Notes: generated from the sequence alone by a model not told the origin. A stretch of DNA of 64,000 bases from an uncultured Collinsella sp. (GCA_905205145.1 CAJLCM010000001.1:2403-66402); one strand, 5' to 3'; positions 46,742-56,812 are shown, counted from the first letter of the stretch. Numbers and translations: made by a program.

Positions 46742-46930
46742 TTACGCGTTTTTACCAAACTGCGTAACTGCTCGACGCTACAAACGGCCCCAAGCGGCAG
46801 CCTGATGTTCAATTTCAAGGGCGCGACCAGAAGGTCAGCGCCCTTTCATTTCACGTCACCTTGCTCGCTTAGGGTCGTTTTCGCTGACGTTGCCAAGACA
46901 TTAGCGTCAACGAACTAGTCATTGGGTACC
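46741..46930. repeat. Intergenic structured repeat family 3, copy C. Begins at the G of the glmM stop codon.
   Basis: gttacgcgtttttaccaaactgcgtaac hairpin, the long-range stem aacggccccaagcg/cgcttagggtcgtt, and the internal hairpin agggcgc-gaccagaaggtca-gcgccct. Confidence 0.55.
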
Positions 46931-47007
46931 TAGTTATTGGGTGAAAAAAGGGGACGCTGCGGATTGGTTCCGCGGCGTCCCCTTTGCGTTGGCGTGTTGG
47001 TTATGCC

Positions 47008-48591
47008 TTACAGCTCGTAGAGCGTGGTGAACTTGTCCTGCAGGTAGCTGCAGTAGTAGCGGGCATCGAACGCCATGCCGCATGCGCCCTTGATGAGTTC
47101 CGGTGCGTCCTTGGCGCGGCCCCACTGCCAAATGTGCTCGCCCAGCCAGGCACGGACGGGCGCCAGGTCGCCGCTCGCACAGGCGCCGTTAAGGTCGACA
47201 CCGTCGCGGCACATGGCCGGCACAAACATGGCATCGTAGGCACTGCCCAGCGCATACGTGGGGAAGTAGCCAAACGAGCCGCCGCTCCAGTGCGTATCCT
47301 GCAGGCAGCCGTGCGTGTCGTCGGGAACGGGAATGCCCAGGTACTCGTCCATAAAGCGATTCCAAAGCGCGGGGATATCCTTGGCCATGGCCTCGCCGGC
47401 AAACAGCATGCGCTCGATCTCGTAGCGCACCATAACGTGCAGCGGATAGGTGAGCTCATCGGCCTCGGTGCGGATCAACGACGGCTGCGCGATGTTCACG
47501 GCGCGGTAGAGCGTGTCCTCGTCGACGTCGCCGTAGACCTCGGGTGCGTGGCGGCGCAGCACCTCGAGCAACGGTCCCATAAAGGCGCGGCTGCGACCCA
47601 CGGTGTTCTCGAAAAAGCGGCTCTGGCTCTCGTGGATGCCCATGGAGGTGCCACCCTCAAGACAGGTGCGCGCATAGGCAGGATTGACGCCCAGCTCGTA
47701 CATGGCGTGTCCCGCCTCGTGGATGATGCTGTAGACGTTGGAGATGCAATCGTCCTCGTAGATGTGTGTCGCGATGCGCGCGTCACCCACGGCAAAGCCC
47801 TCGCTAAACGGGTGCTCGGTAAAGGCAAGCGTGGTGTCGTCCAGGTTCAGGCCGACAAGCTTCATAAGGTCGAAGCTCATGGCGCGCTGGGCGGCCTCGG
47901 GCACGCGGGCGTGCAAAAAGTCGGCATCGGGCTGCTGGCTGCGCTCGCCGATGGCGTGCACGAGCGGCACGACCGTCGCCTTGACCTCATCGCAAAACGC
48001 ATCGAAGCTCTTGGCGGAAAGGCCGCGCTCGTACTGGTCGAGCCAAACATCGTATGGGTCGCGCTTGGGGTCCATAAGTTCGGCCTGATGCTTAAGTTGG
48101 GCGACGATCCTATCCACATAGGGCTCAAAGCTCGCCCAGTCATTAGCCGTCTTGGCCTTGTGCCACACGGCATCGGCCTCGCAGGTGAGCCTGGTCCAGG
48201 CCTCGGCCTCCTCGGTGGGGATGACGCTTGCCTCGCGCTGGTCGCGACCGAGCACACGGATCTCGTCGAGCAGCTGCGGGTCGTCAATTTTGCCGCCGGC
48301 GACGGTCTCGCGCGCTAACGAGCGTACGAGCTCAACGGATTTCTCGCTGGTCAGCAGCTTGTGATGCTCACCGGCAAGCGTGCCCATGGCGTCGGCACGG
48401 GCGGCAGCACCATTGGCAGGGGCAATCGTCGCGCCGTCGAACTCGGCAATCTTGAGCAGGTACTCACGAGTCCACAGCTTGCCCTCGAGTTTGCGGAACT
48501 TTTTGACGGCCTTGTCGACTTTAGCGGCCTTGACGCCCTTGGCGGCCTTTGCCACGGCGGCCTTGGCCTTCTTATCGAGTTTCTTTCCCAT
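47008..48591 (-). CDS. M32 carboxypeptidase (carboxypeptidase Taq family) with a Lys/Ala-rich N-terminal extension.
   Basis: HEAGHAMYE (HExxH), HESQSRFFEN and the DTHW motif. The RBS is AAGGA. Confidence 0.8.
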   Translation of the reverse strand: MGKKLDKKAKAAVAKAAKGVKAAKVDKAVKKFRKLEGKLWTREYLLKIAEFDGATIAPANGAAARADAMGTLAGEHHKLLTSEKSVELVRSLARETVAGGKIDDPQLLDEIRVLGRDQREASVIPTEEAEAWTRLTCEADAVWHKAKTANDWASFEPYVDRIVAQLKHQAELMDPKRDPYDVWLDQYERGLSAKSFDAFCDEVKATVVPLVHAIGERSQQPDADFLHARVPEAAQRAMSFDLMKLVGLNLDDTTLAFTEHPFSEGFAVGDARIATHIYEDDCISNVYSIIHEAGHAMYELGVNPAYARTCLEGGTSMGIHESQSRFFENTVGRSRAFMGPLLEVLRRHAPEVYGDVDEDTLYRAVNIAQPSLIRTEADELTYPLHVMVRYEIERMLFAGEAMAKDIPALWNRFMDEYLGIPVPDDTHGCLQDTHWSGGSFGYFPTYALGSAYDAMFVPAMCRDGVDLNGACASGDLAPVRAWLGEHIWQWGRAKDAPELIKGACGMAFDARYYCSYLQDKFTTLYEL

Positions 48592-48729
48592 ACCGTATCC
48601 TTAATCTCGCAGGCCGAGCACCGCAGGCGGATGCACGGCCACTTTTCACAGCTACTTGCCTTGTACCCAGCGCGAACAAAACGGAACGCGGCGATGCGCT
48701 CGCGAAATGTGTTATCCTATAGCCCAATG

Positions 48730-49000
48730 CGTTGACGGAGAGGGTTTTGCCCGCCGCGTCGCCGGCAAGAGAGGGAAGGTCATGGGCTGCAAGCCTTCCT
48801 GCGGTGGCAAGGGCCAAGCGTTCACTCCCGAGCAGCGACCTCAACGGGCACGCGGCCAGTGGCAGCAAAGCCTCAGTAGGGAAGCCGTGAGCCTCGCGAC
48901 AAGAGGCGCAGAGTGGGCGCGGCGGGCCAGACATCCGCCGGGTCAAACAAGGTGGTACCGCGGAATTTAACCGTCCTTGGGCAATGCACATGCCCGAGGG
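48730..49000 (+). ncRNA. T-box riboswitch leader of pheS-pheT.
   Basis: Canonical T-box sequence AAGGTGGTACCGCGG at 48939-48953. It is followed by the terminator hairpin ccttgggca-atgcaca-tgcccgagg plus a TTTTTTGTT tract at 48963-49000. An AGAGAG-type box lies near 48770. Confidence 0.55.
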
Positions 49001-49094
49001 CGGTTTTTTGTTACCGAACCGGGCCGCGCATCCGCAGCATCGGGCGGCGTCAGCCGTCCCGGGGTGCGGATGCGCGAGAGACGAAAGGGAAGAC

Positions 49095-50171
49095 ATGAGT
49101 CTGATTGATGATCTGGTCAAACTCGAGGAAGAGGCCAAGGAGCTCGTCACTAGCGCCGACGACGCCGCAAAGCTCGAGGCCGCGCGCGTTGAGCTGCTCG
49201 GCCGCAAGGGCCGCATCACCGGCCTGATGCGCATGATGGGCAAGCTCGCCCCCGAGGACCGTCCCGTGATGGGCAAGCGCGCCAACGAGATGCGCCAGCT
49301 GATCGAGGGCATGCTCGACGAGCGCACCACCGAGATGAAGGCCGCCGCCCTCAAGCATGCACTCGAGCACGAGGCCGTCGACATCACGCTGCCGGGCATC
49401 CGTCCGCAGATCGGTCACCAGCACCTGATCAAGCAGATCATCGAGGAGGCCGAGGATATCTTCTGCGGTATCGGCTACACCGTCGAGTCCGGCCCCATGG
49501 TCGATACCTCCTACTACAACTTCACCGCGCTCAACGCGCCCATGGATCACCCGAGCCGCTCGGCTCGCGACACGTTCTATGTGGTCGACAACAACCCCGG
49601 CAGCGTCGCGCATCCCGAGGCCCACGCTCACGGCGAGTCCGACGTACTGCTGCGCACCCAGACCTCGGGCGTGCAGATCCACACCATGGAGTCGCAGAAG
49701 CCGCCCATCTACATGATCTGCCCGGGCACCGTCTACCGTCCCGACACGGCCGACGCCTGCCACCTGCCGCAGTTCAACCAGATTGAGGGCCTGGTCGTCG
49801 ACGAGGGCATCACCTTTGGCGATCTTAAGGGCACGCTCGACTACTTTGTTAAGTGCATGTTTGGCGAGGACCGCAAGACGCGCTACCGCCCGCATTTCTT
49901 CCCCTTCACCGAGCCTTCTTGCGAGGTGGACGTGAGCTGCCACGTCTGCGGCGGCAAGGGCTGCAACTTCTGCAAGCACAGCGGCTGGATCGAGATCCTG
50001 GGCTGCGGCATGGTCGACCCCAACGTCCTGATCAACTGCGGCATCGACCCCGAGAAGTACACCGGCTTCGCCTTTGGTATTGGCGCCGAGCGCGTCGCGG
50101 CACTGCGCTACGACCTGCCCGACCTTAGAACGCTCATGACGGGCGATATGCGCTTCTTGAACCAATTTTAG
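49095..50171 (+). CDS. pheS: Phenylalanine--tRNA ligase alpha subunit.
   Basis: Class II aaRS motifs, ..FFPFTEPSCEVDV.. ATG 49095 follows GAAAGGGAAG. Confidence 0.9.
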   Translation: MSLIDDLVKLEEEAKELVTSADDAAKLEAARVELLGRKGRITGLMRMMGKLAPEDRPVMGKRANEMRQLIEGMLDERTTEMKAAALKHALEHEAVDITLPGIRPQIGHQHLIKQIIEEAEDIFCGIGYTVESGPMVDTSYYNFTALNAPMDHPSRSARDTFYVVDNNPGSVAHPEAHAHGESDVLLRTQTSGVQIHTMESQKPPIYMICPGTVYRPDTADACHLPQFNQIEGLVVDEGITFGDLKGTLDYFVKCMFGEDRKTRYRPHFFPFTEPSCEVDVSCHVCGGKGCNFCKHSGWIEILGCGMVDPNVLINCGIDPEKYTGFAFGIGAERVAALRYDLPDLRTLMTGDMRFLNQF

Positions 50172-50179
50172 GCTTGCCC

Positions 50180-50290
50180 AGGCACCCCATCTTGGCGTTC
50201 AAACCGTCGCTCGCGTACCTTTAGTACGCGTCGCTCCTCTTTCACGCCAACCTGGGGCACCTGGACAACCCTAAGGCGAACGTCTTCATT
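50180..50290. repeat. Partial copy of repeat family 3 (central hairpin block).
   Basis: gttcaaaccgtcgctcgcgtacctttagtacgcgtcgctcctctttcacgcca aligns with 23570-23625 of copy B. Confidence 0.4.
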
Positions 50291-50334
50291 TGATATTTTT
50301 TCCCTATGCGGAGATTAAGAACTAGGAGAGCTAC

Positions 50335-52788
50335 ATGCGCGTTTCTTACGACTGGCTCAAGACCATGATCGATATTCCGGAGGATCCCAAGACCCTTTCG
50401 GACGAATATATCCGCACCGGCACCGAGGTCGAGGCGATCGACACCGTGGGCGAGTCCTTCGACCACGTGGTGACCGCCAAGGTGCTCACCAAGACCCCGC
50501 ACCCCGATAGCGACCACATGTATGTGTGCTCGGTCGACGTGGGCGACAAGAACCTCGACCCCGACGGCAACCCCGCTCCGCTGCAGATCGTCTGCGGCGC
50601 GCAGAACTTCGAGGCCGGCGACCACATCGTCACGGCCATGATCGGCGCCGTGCTTCCCGGCGACGTCAAGATCAAGAAGAGCAAGCTTCGCGGCGTCGTG
50701 TCCATGGGCATGAACTGCTCCGCGCGCGAGCTCGGCCTGGGTGGCGACCACTCCGGCATTATGATCCTGCCCGAGGATACGCCCTGCGGTATGCCGTTTG
50801 CCGAGTACGTGGGCTCGAGCGACACCGTGCTCGACTGCGAGATCACGCCCAACCGCCCCGACTGCCTGTCCATGATCGGCATGGCTCGCGAGACCGGTGC
50901 CATCTTCGACTGCGATTTCCACGTTGAGCTGCCCGCCATCAAGGCCGAGACCGGCCGCGCGACCGACGACGAGCTTTCCGTCGAGATTGCCGACGAGGGC
51001 CTGTGCGACCGCTACGTTGCCCGCATCGTGCGCAACGTCAAGGTCGGCCCGTCGCCCGACTGGATGGTCAAGCGCCTTAACGCCCTGGGCGTGCGCCCGC
51101 ACAACAACATCGTCGACATCACCAACTATGTGATGATGCTCACCGGTCAGCCGCTGCATGCCTTTGACCTGGACACCTTTGCCGCGCGCGATGGCCACCG
51201 TCGTGTGGTGGTTCGCGCCGCCCAGCAGGACGAGAAGTTCACGACGCTCGACGGCGAGGAGCGCGTGCTCGACGCCGGCATGGGCCTCATCACCGACGGC
51301 GAGCGTCCCGTGGCGCTGGCCGGTGTCATGGGCGGCATGGATTCCGAGATCGAGGACGACACCGTCGACGTGATGGTCGAGAGTGCCTGCTTCAACGCCG
51401 GCCGCACCTCGCACACCAGCCGCGACCTGTCGCTGATCTCCGACGCCTCCATTCGCTTTGAGCGCCAGGTCGACGAGACCGGCTGCGTGGATGTCGCCAA
51501 CGTCACGTGCGCGCTCATCGAGGAGATCGCCGGCGGCGAGGTCGCTCCCGGCTACGTCGACGTTTTCCCCGCGCCCAAGACCATCGATAGCATCAAGCTG
51601 CGCCTGGCCCGCGTGCACGCCATCTGCGGCGCCGACATCGAGCCCGACTTTATCGAGCGCTCGCTCACCCGTCTGGGCTGCACCGTCGAGCGCGACGGCG
51701 AGGACTTTATGGTCACGCCGCCGAGCTTCCGTCCCGACCTGCCGCGCGAGATCGACCTGATCGAGGAGGTCCTGCGCCTGTGGGGCATGGGCCGCGTGAC
51801 GGCGACCATCCCGGCTGCCAAGAACCATATCGGCGGCCTGACCCGCGAGCAGAAGCTTACCCGCAAGGTTGGCGAGATCCTGCGCGCCTGCGGCCTCAAC
51901 GAGACCACGACCTTTGGCTTCGCCGCCCCGGGCGACCTGGAGAAGATTGGTATGTCCACCGAGGGCCGCGGCTGCCCCGTGGTTCTCATGAACCCGCTGG
52001 TGGCCGAGCAGACCGAGATGCGCCGCTCGCTGCTGCCGGGTCTGCTGCAGTCCGTGGCCTACAACGAGGCCCACGGCACGCCCAACGTGCACCTGTACGA
52101 GGTCGGCAGCCTGTTCCATGGCCGCGAGAACGCCAGCCTGCCCAAGGAGACCAAGTCCGTGGCGGGCGTGCTCTCGGGCCAGTGGAGCGAGCAGTCTTGG
52201 AACATGAAGTACCGCAAGCTGCGTTTCTTCTTTGGCAAGGGCATCGTTGAGGAGCTGCTTGCCCAGCTGCGCATTGAGAAGGTTCGCTTCCGTCCCGTCG
52301 AGGGCGAGAGCTATGCCTTCCTGCAACCGGGTCGTGCTGCCGAGGTGCTCTCGGGCGGTACCGTGCTGGGCTGGGTTGGCGAGATCCACCCCGAGGCGCG
52401 CGAGGCTATGGGCATCGACGAGGTCGTCGTTGCCTTTGAGCTTGACCTGGACAAGCTGATCAAGGGCGCCCGCAACCAGGATAACTACCGTGAGTTCTCG
52501 CAGTACCCGGCCGTTGAGCACGACCTTGCTATCGTGGTCGACAACACTGTGACCTGCGAGGATCTTGAGCGTCGTATTACGAGTGCCGGCGGCAAGCTGC
52601 TCGAGGGCGTGCGCCTGTTCGATGTCTACCGCGATCCGGTCCGCATCGGCAAGGGTAAGAAATCCATGGCCTTTGCGCTTACGTATCGCTCCGACGACCA
52701 CACGCTCACCAGCGAAGAGGTCGAAAAGGCGCACCAGAAGATCGTCACCAAGGTGTGCAAGGGCGTAAACGGCGAGGTCCGCGGCTAG
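50335..52788 (+). CDS. pheT: Phenylalanine--tRNA ligase beta subunit.
   Basis: 817 aa. Contains the tRNA-binding, B3/B4, B5 and anticodon-binding FDX domains. The RBS is GGAGAGC. Confidence 0.9.
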   Translation: MRVSYDWLKTMIDIPEDPKTLSDEYIRTGTEVEAIDTVGESFDHVVTAKVLTKTPHPDSDHMYVCSVDVGDKNLDPDGNPAPLQIVCGAQNFEAGDHIVTAMIGAVLPGDVKIKKSKLRGVVSMGMNCSARELGLGGDHSGIMILPEDTPCGMPFAEYVGSSDTVLDCEITPNRPDCLSMIGMARETGAIFDCDFHVELPAIKAETGRATDDELSVEIADEGLCDRYVARIVRNVKVGPSPDWMVKRLNALGVRPHNNIVDITNYVMMLTGQPLHAFDLDTFAARDGHRRVVVRAAQQDEKFTTLDGEERVLDAGMGLITDGERPVALAGVMGGMDSEIEDDTVDVMVESACFNAGRTSHTSRDLSLISDASIRFERQVDETGCVDVANVTCALIEEIAGGEVAPGYVDVFPAPKTIDSIKLRLARVHAICGADIEPDFIERSLTRLGCTVERDGEDFMVTPPSFRPDLPREIDLIEEVLRLWGMGRVTATIPAAKNHIGGLTREQKLTRKVGEILRACGLNETTTFGFAAPGDLEKIGMSTEGRGCPVVLMNPLVAEQTEMRRSLLPGLLQSVAYNEAHGTPNVHLYEVGSLFHGRENASLPKETKSVAGVLSGQWSEQSWNMKYRKLRFFFGKGIVEELLAQLRIEKVRFRPVEGESYAFLQPGRAAEVLSGGTVLGWVGEIHPEAREAMGIDEVVVAFELDLDKLIKGARNQDNYREFSQYPAVEHDLAIVVDNTVTCEDLERRITSAGGKLLEGVRLFDVYRDPVRIGKGKKSMAFALTYRSDDHTLTSEEVEKAHQKIVTKVCKGVNGEVRG

Positions 52789-52909
52789 GTCCTGCGCCGG
52801 ATATGGGCCAGCGTCGGCTGCCGCCGAGTTTTACGTGACTGCTGTTTTCGGTATAAGGCACCGTTGAGCCTGCATATATGACACGCGCATTACATAACGG
52901 CGTGCTGCT

Positions 52910-52976
52910 TTGTCGGCAGTGCGCCGTTTTGCTATGATAGCCCGCGGAGTGTTACGAATCTGACATTACGTAACAC
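52910..52976 (+). promoter_or_regulatory. Candidate promoter (TTGTCG-N18-TATGAT) with a downstream 8-bp inverted-repeat operator GTGTTACG-N12-CGTAACAC, upstream of cbiMNQO.
   Basis: -10 box at 52934-52939. Palindrome arms at 52949-52956 and 52969-52976, ~60 nt upstream of the cbiM start. Confidence 0.35.
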
Positions 52977-53033
52977 TGGAAAGGTGATTCAAGCGGCGTT
53001 GCAATTCCGTGCGCCGATAACCGGGAGGCGTAC

Positions 53034-54119
53034 ATGCACATTCCAGATAATTATCTGTCCCCGCAGACCGATGCCGTTATGGCGGTGGCGATGGTGCCCG
53101 TTTGGATCCACTGCATCAAAAAGGTGCGCGCCACGCTCGATCGCGAGCACATGGCGTTCCTGGGCATCTGCGCCGCGTTCTCCTTCCTGCTCATGATGTT
53201 CAACGTGCCGCTGCCTGGCGGCACCACAGGCCACGCCGTTGGTGGCGCACTCATCGCGCTGCTGCTGGGCCCCGAGGCCGCGGCTATCGCGGTTTCGGTC
53301 GCGCTGGCGCTGCAAGCGCTGCTGTTTGGCGACGGCGGCATCCTGTCCTTTGGCGCTAACTGCTTTAACATGGCCTTCGTGTTGCCGTTTGCCGCAGCCA
53401 TCGTGTTCCGCGCGCTTAACAGCCGTTTGCACGACAAGAGCTGGGGTACCTCGGTTTCGGCCATCGTAAGCGGCTGGGTCGGCCTGTGCCTGGCGGCCCT
53501 GTGCGCAGCAATCGAGTTTGGTATTCAGCCGATGCTTTTCACGAATGCTTCGGGCGCTCCGCTGTACTGCCCCTTCCCGCTGTCCATTGCCATTCCGGCC
53601 ATGATGATCCCGCATATGTTGGTAGCCGGCGTGGTCGAGGGCGTGGCGACTGCCGCGATCTACGGCTTTATCAAGAAGACGGCGCCGAGCGTTATCGTCG
53701 GCCCCGAAGCCGCCGATGGACAGCTTGCTGCCGAGGGCGCTGCTGCTAAGAAGACCTCGCTGGTCCCCACGCTCATCTTGGTTGCCGTGCTTGTCGTGGC
53801 CACGCCGCTGGGCCTGCTGGCCACGGGTGACGCCTGGGGTGAGTGGGACGCCGAGGGCGCCGCGACCGCCGTTCAGGAGGTTGGCGACGACAGCCTGCAG
53901 GCTTCGGTCGGTCTCGACACCCCGACCTTTGCCGATGCGCTGCCTACGGGTGATTACCTGCAGGCCTATTCCGAGGAGCAGGGTCTCGGCTTTGCCGGTC
54001 AGGCTGCCATGTATATCCTGTCCGGCGTGATTGGCGTGGCGGTGCTCACCATCGCATTCCGTCTGGTCTCGCTGACGGTCAAGGAAAGCGGTGCTCATGG
54101 CGATGGCCGAGCTGCCTAG
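53034..54119 (+). CDS. cbiM: ECF-type cobalt/nickel transporter substrate-capture component, CbiM-CbiN fusion (CbiMN/NikMN).
   Basis: The N-terminus MHIPDNYLSP with conserved His2 is the metal-binding N-terminus of CbiM/NikM. The C-terminal extra TM region corresponds to CbiN. Confidence 0.8.
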   Translation: MHIPDNYLSPQTDAVMAVAMVPVWIHCIKKVRATLDREHMAFLGICAAFSFLLMMFNVPLPGGTTGHAVGGALIALLLGPEAAAIAVSVALALQALLFGDGGILSFGANCFNMAFVLPFAAAIVFRALNSRLHDKSWGTSVSAIVSGWVGLCLAALCAAIEFGIQPMLFTNASGAPLYCPFPLSIAIPAMMIPHMLVAGVVEGVATAAIYGFIKKTAPSVIVGPEAADGQLAAEGAAAKKTSLVPTLILVAVLVVATPLGLLATGDAWGEWDAEGAATAVQEVGDDSLQASVGLDTPTFADALPTGDYLQAYSEEQGLGFAGQAAMYILSGVIGVAVLTIAFRLVSLTVKESGAHGDGRAA

Positions 54120-54933
54120 CTGGCTTGCGGTCGAGCAGCGTTACGAGCCCACGGGCGCTCGTCATCGCGTGATGCAAAAGAACGTCCTGCACCTGGCGAG
54201 CCTGCTTGAGCGGGTTCGCCTGGGTGGAGGCGCGCACGAGGGCGGGTCGATGGTCGACCGCGCCCTTTCTTGCGTTTCGGCTCCGGTGCGCCTGGTGGGG
54301 ATATTCGTTTGCGTCCTGTGCGTGTGCCTGACACAAAGCCCGCTGTACCTCATGTTGATGGCGGCCATTGCGCTGGTGCTCGTTGCCGTGCGTCCCGTAC
54401 GCGGGCTGCGCGCGACCTTTGTGCCGGCGCTTGGCGCCGCGGGGCTCGCAGTGGTTTTGGCGCTGCCTGCCCTGCTGCTGGGTGCTTCCGCTACGGGCGC
54501 CATGCTCAAGATTGCGCTCAAGACCTTCATTAATGTGTCGCTGGTGCTGGGCGTTTCGTGGACCCTCACGTGGAGCCGCATGTCGGCGGCGCTCAAGATG
54601 CTGCATCTACCCGACGAAGTTATCTTTACGTTTGATATGGCGCTCAAGCACATCGAGGTGCTGGGTCGTACGGCGCACGATCTGTGCGAATCGGTCATGC
54701 TGCGCAGCGTTGGCCGTGCGCCCGAGGGATTTTCGCGTACCGATTCGATCGCGGGTATCATGGGCATGACCTTTATCAAGGCGATGAAATGCAGCCGCGC
54801 GATGGACGAGGCTATGCTTTGCCGCGGCTTTGCCGGTGCGTATCCGGCTCCCGCGCGCGCCAGGTTTGGCTGGCGCGATGCGGCCTATGCGGCCGGCGTG
54901 GCGCTGCTGACAGTGTTGTGCGCCGTGCTGTAG
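54097..54933 (+). CDS. cbiQ: ECF transporter transmembrane (T) component CbiQ.
   Basis: Polytopic ~275-aa protein located between cbiMN and cbiO. The start is ambiguous (54091 to 54103) and overlaps the cbiMN end. Confidence 0.7.
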   Translation: MAMAELPSWLAVEQRYEPTGARHRVMQKNVLHLASLLERVRLGGGAHEGGSMVDRALSCVSAPVRLVGIFVCVLCVCLTQSPLYLMLMAAIALVLVAVRPVRGLRATFVPALGAAGLAVVLALPALLLGASATGAMLKIALKTFINVSLVLGVSWTLTWSRMSAALKMLHLPDEVIFTFDMALKHIEVLGRTAHDLCESVMLRSVGRAPEGFSRTDSIAGIMGMTFIKAMKCSRAMDEAMLCRGFAGAYPAPARARFGWRDAAYAAGVALLTVLCAVL

Positions 54934-54955
54934 GCGCTGCTGGTTCCGACTGGGG

Positions 54956-55750
54956 ATGCAAATGGGGAAGGGCGACGTTTTGACGATCGATATGAATAGT
55001 GCGGCGGGCACGAACGGTGTGGGCGGCGCCGAGGTCGTTCCGCTCATCGAGCTGCGCGACGTGGTGTTCTCCTATGCGGGGCATACGGTTGTCGATGGCG
55101 TGTCGCTGCAGGTCGATCGTGGTGAACTCGTTGCCCTGCTCGGTCCCAACGGCTGCGGCAAGACGACGATTATGCGTCTTATTAACGGCCTTGAACTCGC
55201 GGACGCAGGGGCATACCTGTTTGACGGGCACGTGGTCGATGCGGCGTATCTGAAGGATTCTGCTGCTGCTCAGAAGTTCCACCAGCGCGTGGGCTTCGTA
55301 TTCCAAAACGCCGATGCCCAGCTGTTCTGCGCCACGGTGGGCGAGGAAGTTGCTTTTGGTCCCGCGCAGATGGGTCTGCCGGCAGACGAGCTCGAGCGCC
55401 GCGTGCGCGATGCCATGGGGCTGTTCCAGGTTGCCGACCTTGCCGACGCCTCTCCCTATCAGCTCTCGGGCGGGCAAAAGAAGCGTGTTGCGCTGGCTGC
55501 GGTGGTGTCGATGAACCCGGATATCTTGGTCCTCGACGAGCCCACCAATGGGCTCGACGAGGATTCATGCGACATCGTGGTCAATTTCTTGCTGGCTTAT
55601 GTCGCGGCGGGTAAGACGGTCTTGATGAGCACGCATCACCAGGATTTGGTGCGACGCCTGGGTGCCCGTGCAATCCATATCGATCGATATCACCATGTGG
55701 TCGAGGCGTCTTCGTCGTCGTATGGAACCGAAAGCGGTGCTACGGACTAG
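54956..55750 (+). CDS. cbiO: ECF transporter ATPase CbiO.
   Basis: Walker A GPNGCGKTT, signature LSGGQKKRVALAA and Walker B ILVLDEPTNGLD. Confidence 0.8.
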   Translation: MQMGKGDVLTIDMNSAAGTNGVGGAEVVPLIELRDVVFSYAGHTVVDGVSLQVDRGELVALLGPNGCGKTTIMRLINGLELADAGAYLFDGHVVDAAYLKDSAAAQKFHQRVGFVFQNADAQLFCATVGEEVAFGPAQMGLPADELERRVRDAMGLFQVADLADASPYQLSGGQKKRVALAAVVSMNPDILVLDEPTNGLDEDSCDIVVNFLLAYVAAGKTVLMSTHHQDLVRRLGARAIHIDRYHHVVEASSSSYGTESGATD

Positions 55751-55830
55751 TTGCTGCGTAGAGCGTGCGTAGCCGTCCGCGCGGCTTTGCCGTGATGGTA
55801 TAGTTATCCAGGTTTTTTATGGGGGTGGCT

Positions 55831-56679
55831 ATGCCAAGCTGGAACATTCATATCGCTCAGACGGAGCGTTTGCTGGAGCGCACCGGTGCGCTTGCCAATA
55901 GCGTGCGCGACCGCAATGCCTTTTTGTTTGGCTGCGTGGTTCCGGATATCTTCGTGGGCTATATGGTCCCTGGCATCGCCGATCCCATCCCGTACCGCAT
56001 TACGCACTTTGCAAAGCCCGAGCCTATCCCTAAGCCTCGTGAGCATGAGTTCTGGGATACCTATGTGGCACCGTTGCTTAAAAGTTCGCCCACCGGTGCG
56101 CCAGCCGCGGCGACCTCGATTATCGAGGAGCGCGAGCGACTGAATCGCGTGCACTATCCCCAGCGCTACAGGGATGCCGAGCCGGTTGTCGGTCCCGGCG
56201 CTCGTGAGTTCTCGCTTGCGTCCGAGGACGTGGCGCAGTCGTTGCTCGATTTGACGCTGGGTGTCTGGTCGCATCTGGTGGCCGATACCGTATGGAATAC
56301 GCGCGTGAATCAGTACCTGGAGGCGCACGGCGGCAAGCCGTGCGAGGAGTTCCGCATTAAAAAGCAAGGCGACTTTGACTGGTTTGGCAAGACGCTCGGC
56401 ATTGTTTCGATTCCGCGCGCGACCGATCGCCTGTATACTGCGGCGACGCGTTTTGGGCAGTATCCCATCCATAAGGAGTATGTGCTCAAGACCATCGGCG
56501 TTATGCACGAGATCGTGCGCGAAAACCCCGGCGAGCCCGACCATCCGCCATACCGCCTGCTGACCGAGGAATTCTTCGACGAAACGTTTACCGAGGTCAT
56601 CGAGCTGACCGAGGCGGGTTTTGCGGCTCGCGTTGCCGCTTCTGACGTCCCCGCAGTCCCTCTGATCGCTAGCTGCTAG
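55831..56679 (+). CDS. Hypothetical cytoplasmic protein.
   Basis: A 283-aa ORF with no motif that could be assigned with confidence. The start MPSWNIHIAQ. Confidence 0.4.
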   Translation: MPSWNIHIAQTERLLERTGALANSVRDRNAFLFGCVVPDIFVGYMVPGIADPIPYRITHFAKPEPIPKPREHEFWDTYVAPLLKSSPTGAPAAATSIIEERERLNRVHYPQRYRDAEPVVGPGAREFSLASEDVAQSLLDLTLGVWSHLVADTVWNTRVNQYLEAHGGKPCEEFRIKKQGDFDWFGKTLGIVSIPRATDRLYTAATRFGQYPIHKEYVLKTIGVMHEIVRENPGEPDHPPYRLLTEEFFDETFTEVIELTEAGFAARVAASDVPAVPLIASC

Positions 56680-56812
56680 CCGGCCGGCTTGACAGTGAAC
56701 AGTTCACCCCAATTGACCAACGGTTCCCCTCGCAGGGCGTCTTCGGTGGTGCGCTCGGTATCGGAGAGGCTTGCGACTGAACGCAAATCGATGAAGTGAC
56801 ATATGGAGAAGG

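Noticed and set aside
52949-52976. Calling the cbiMNQO upstream palindrome a NikR operator.
   Set aside because: The half-sites GTGTTACG/CGTAACAC and the 12-nt spacing do not match the known NikR consensus GTATGA-N16-TCATAC. It is left as an unassigned operator candidate.
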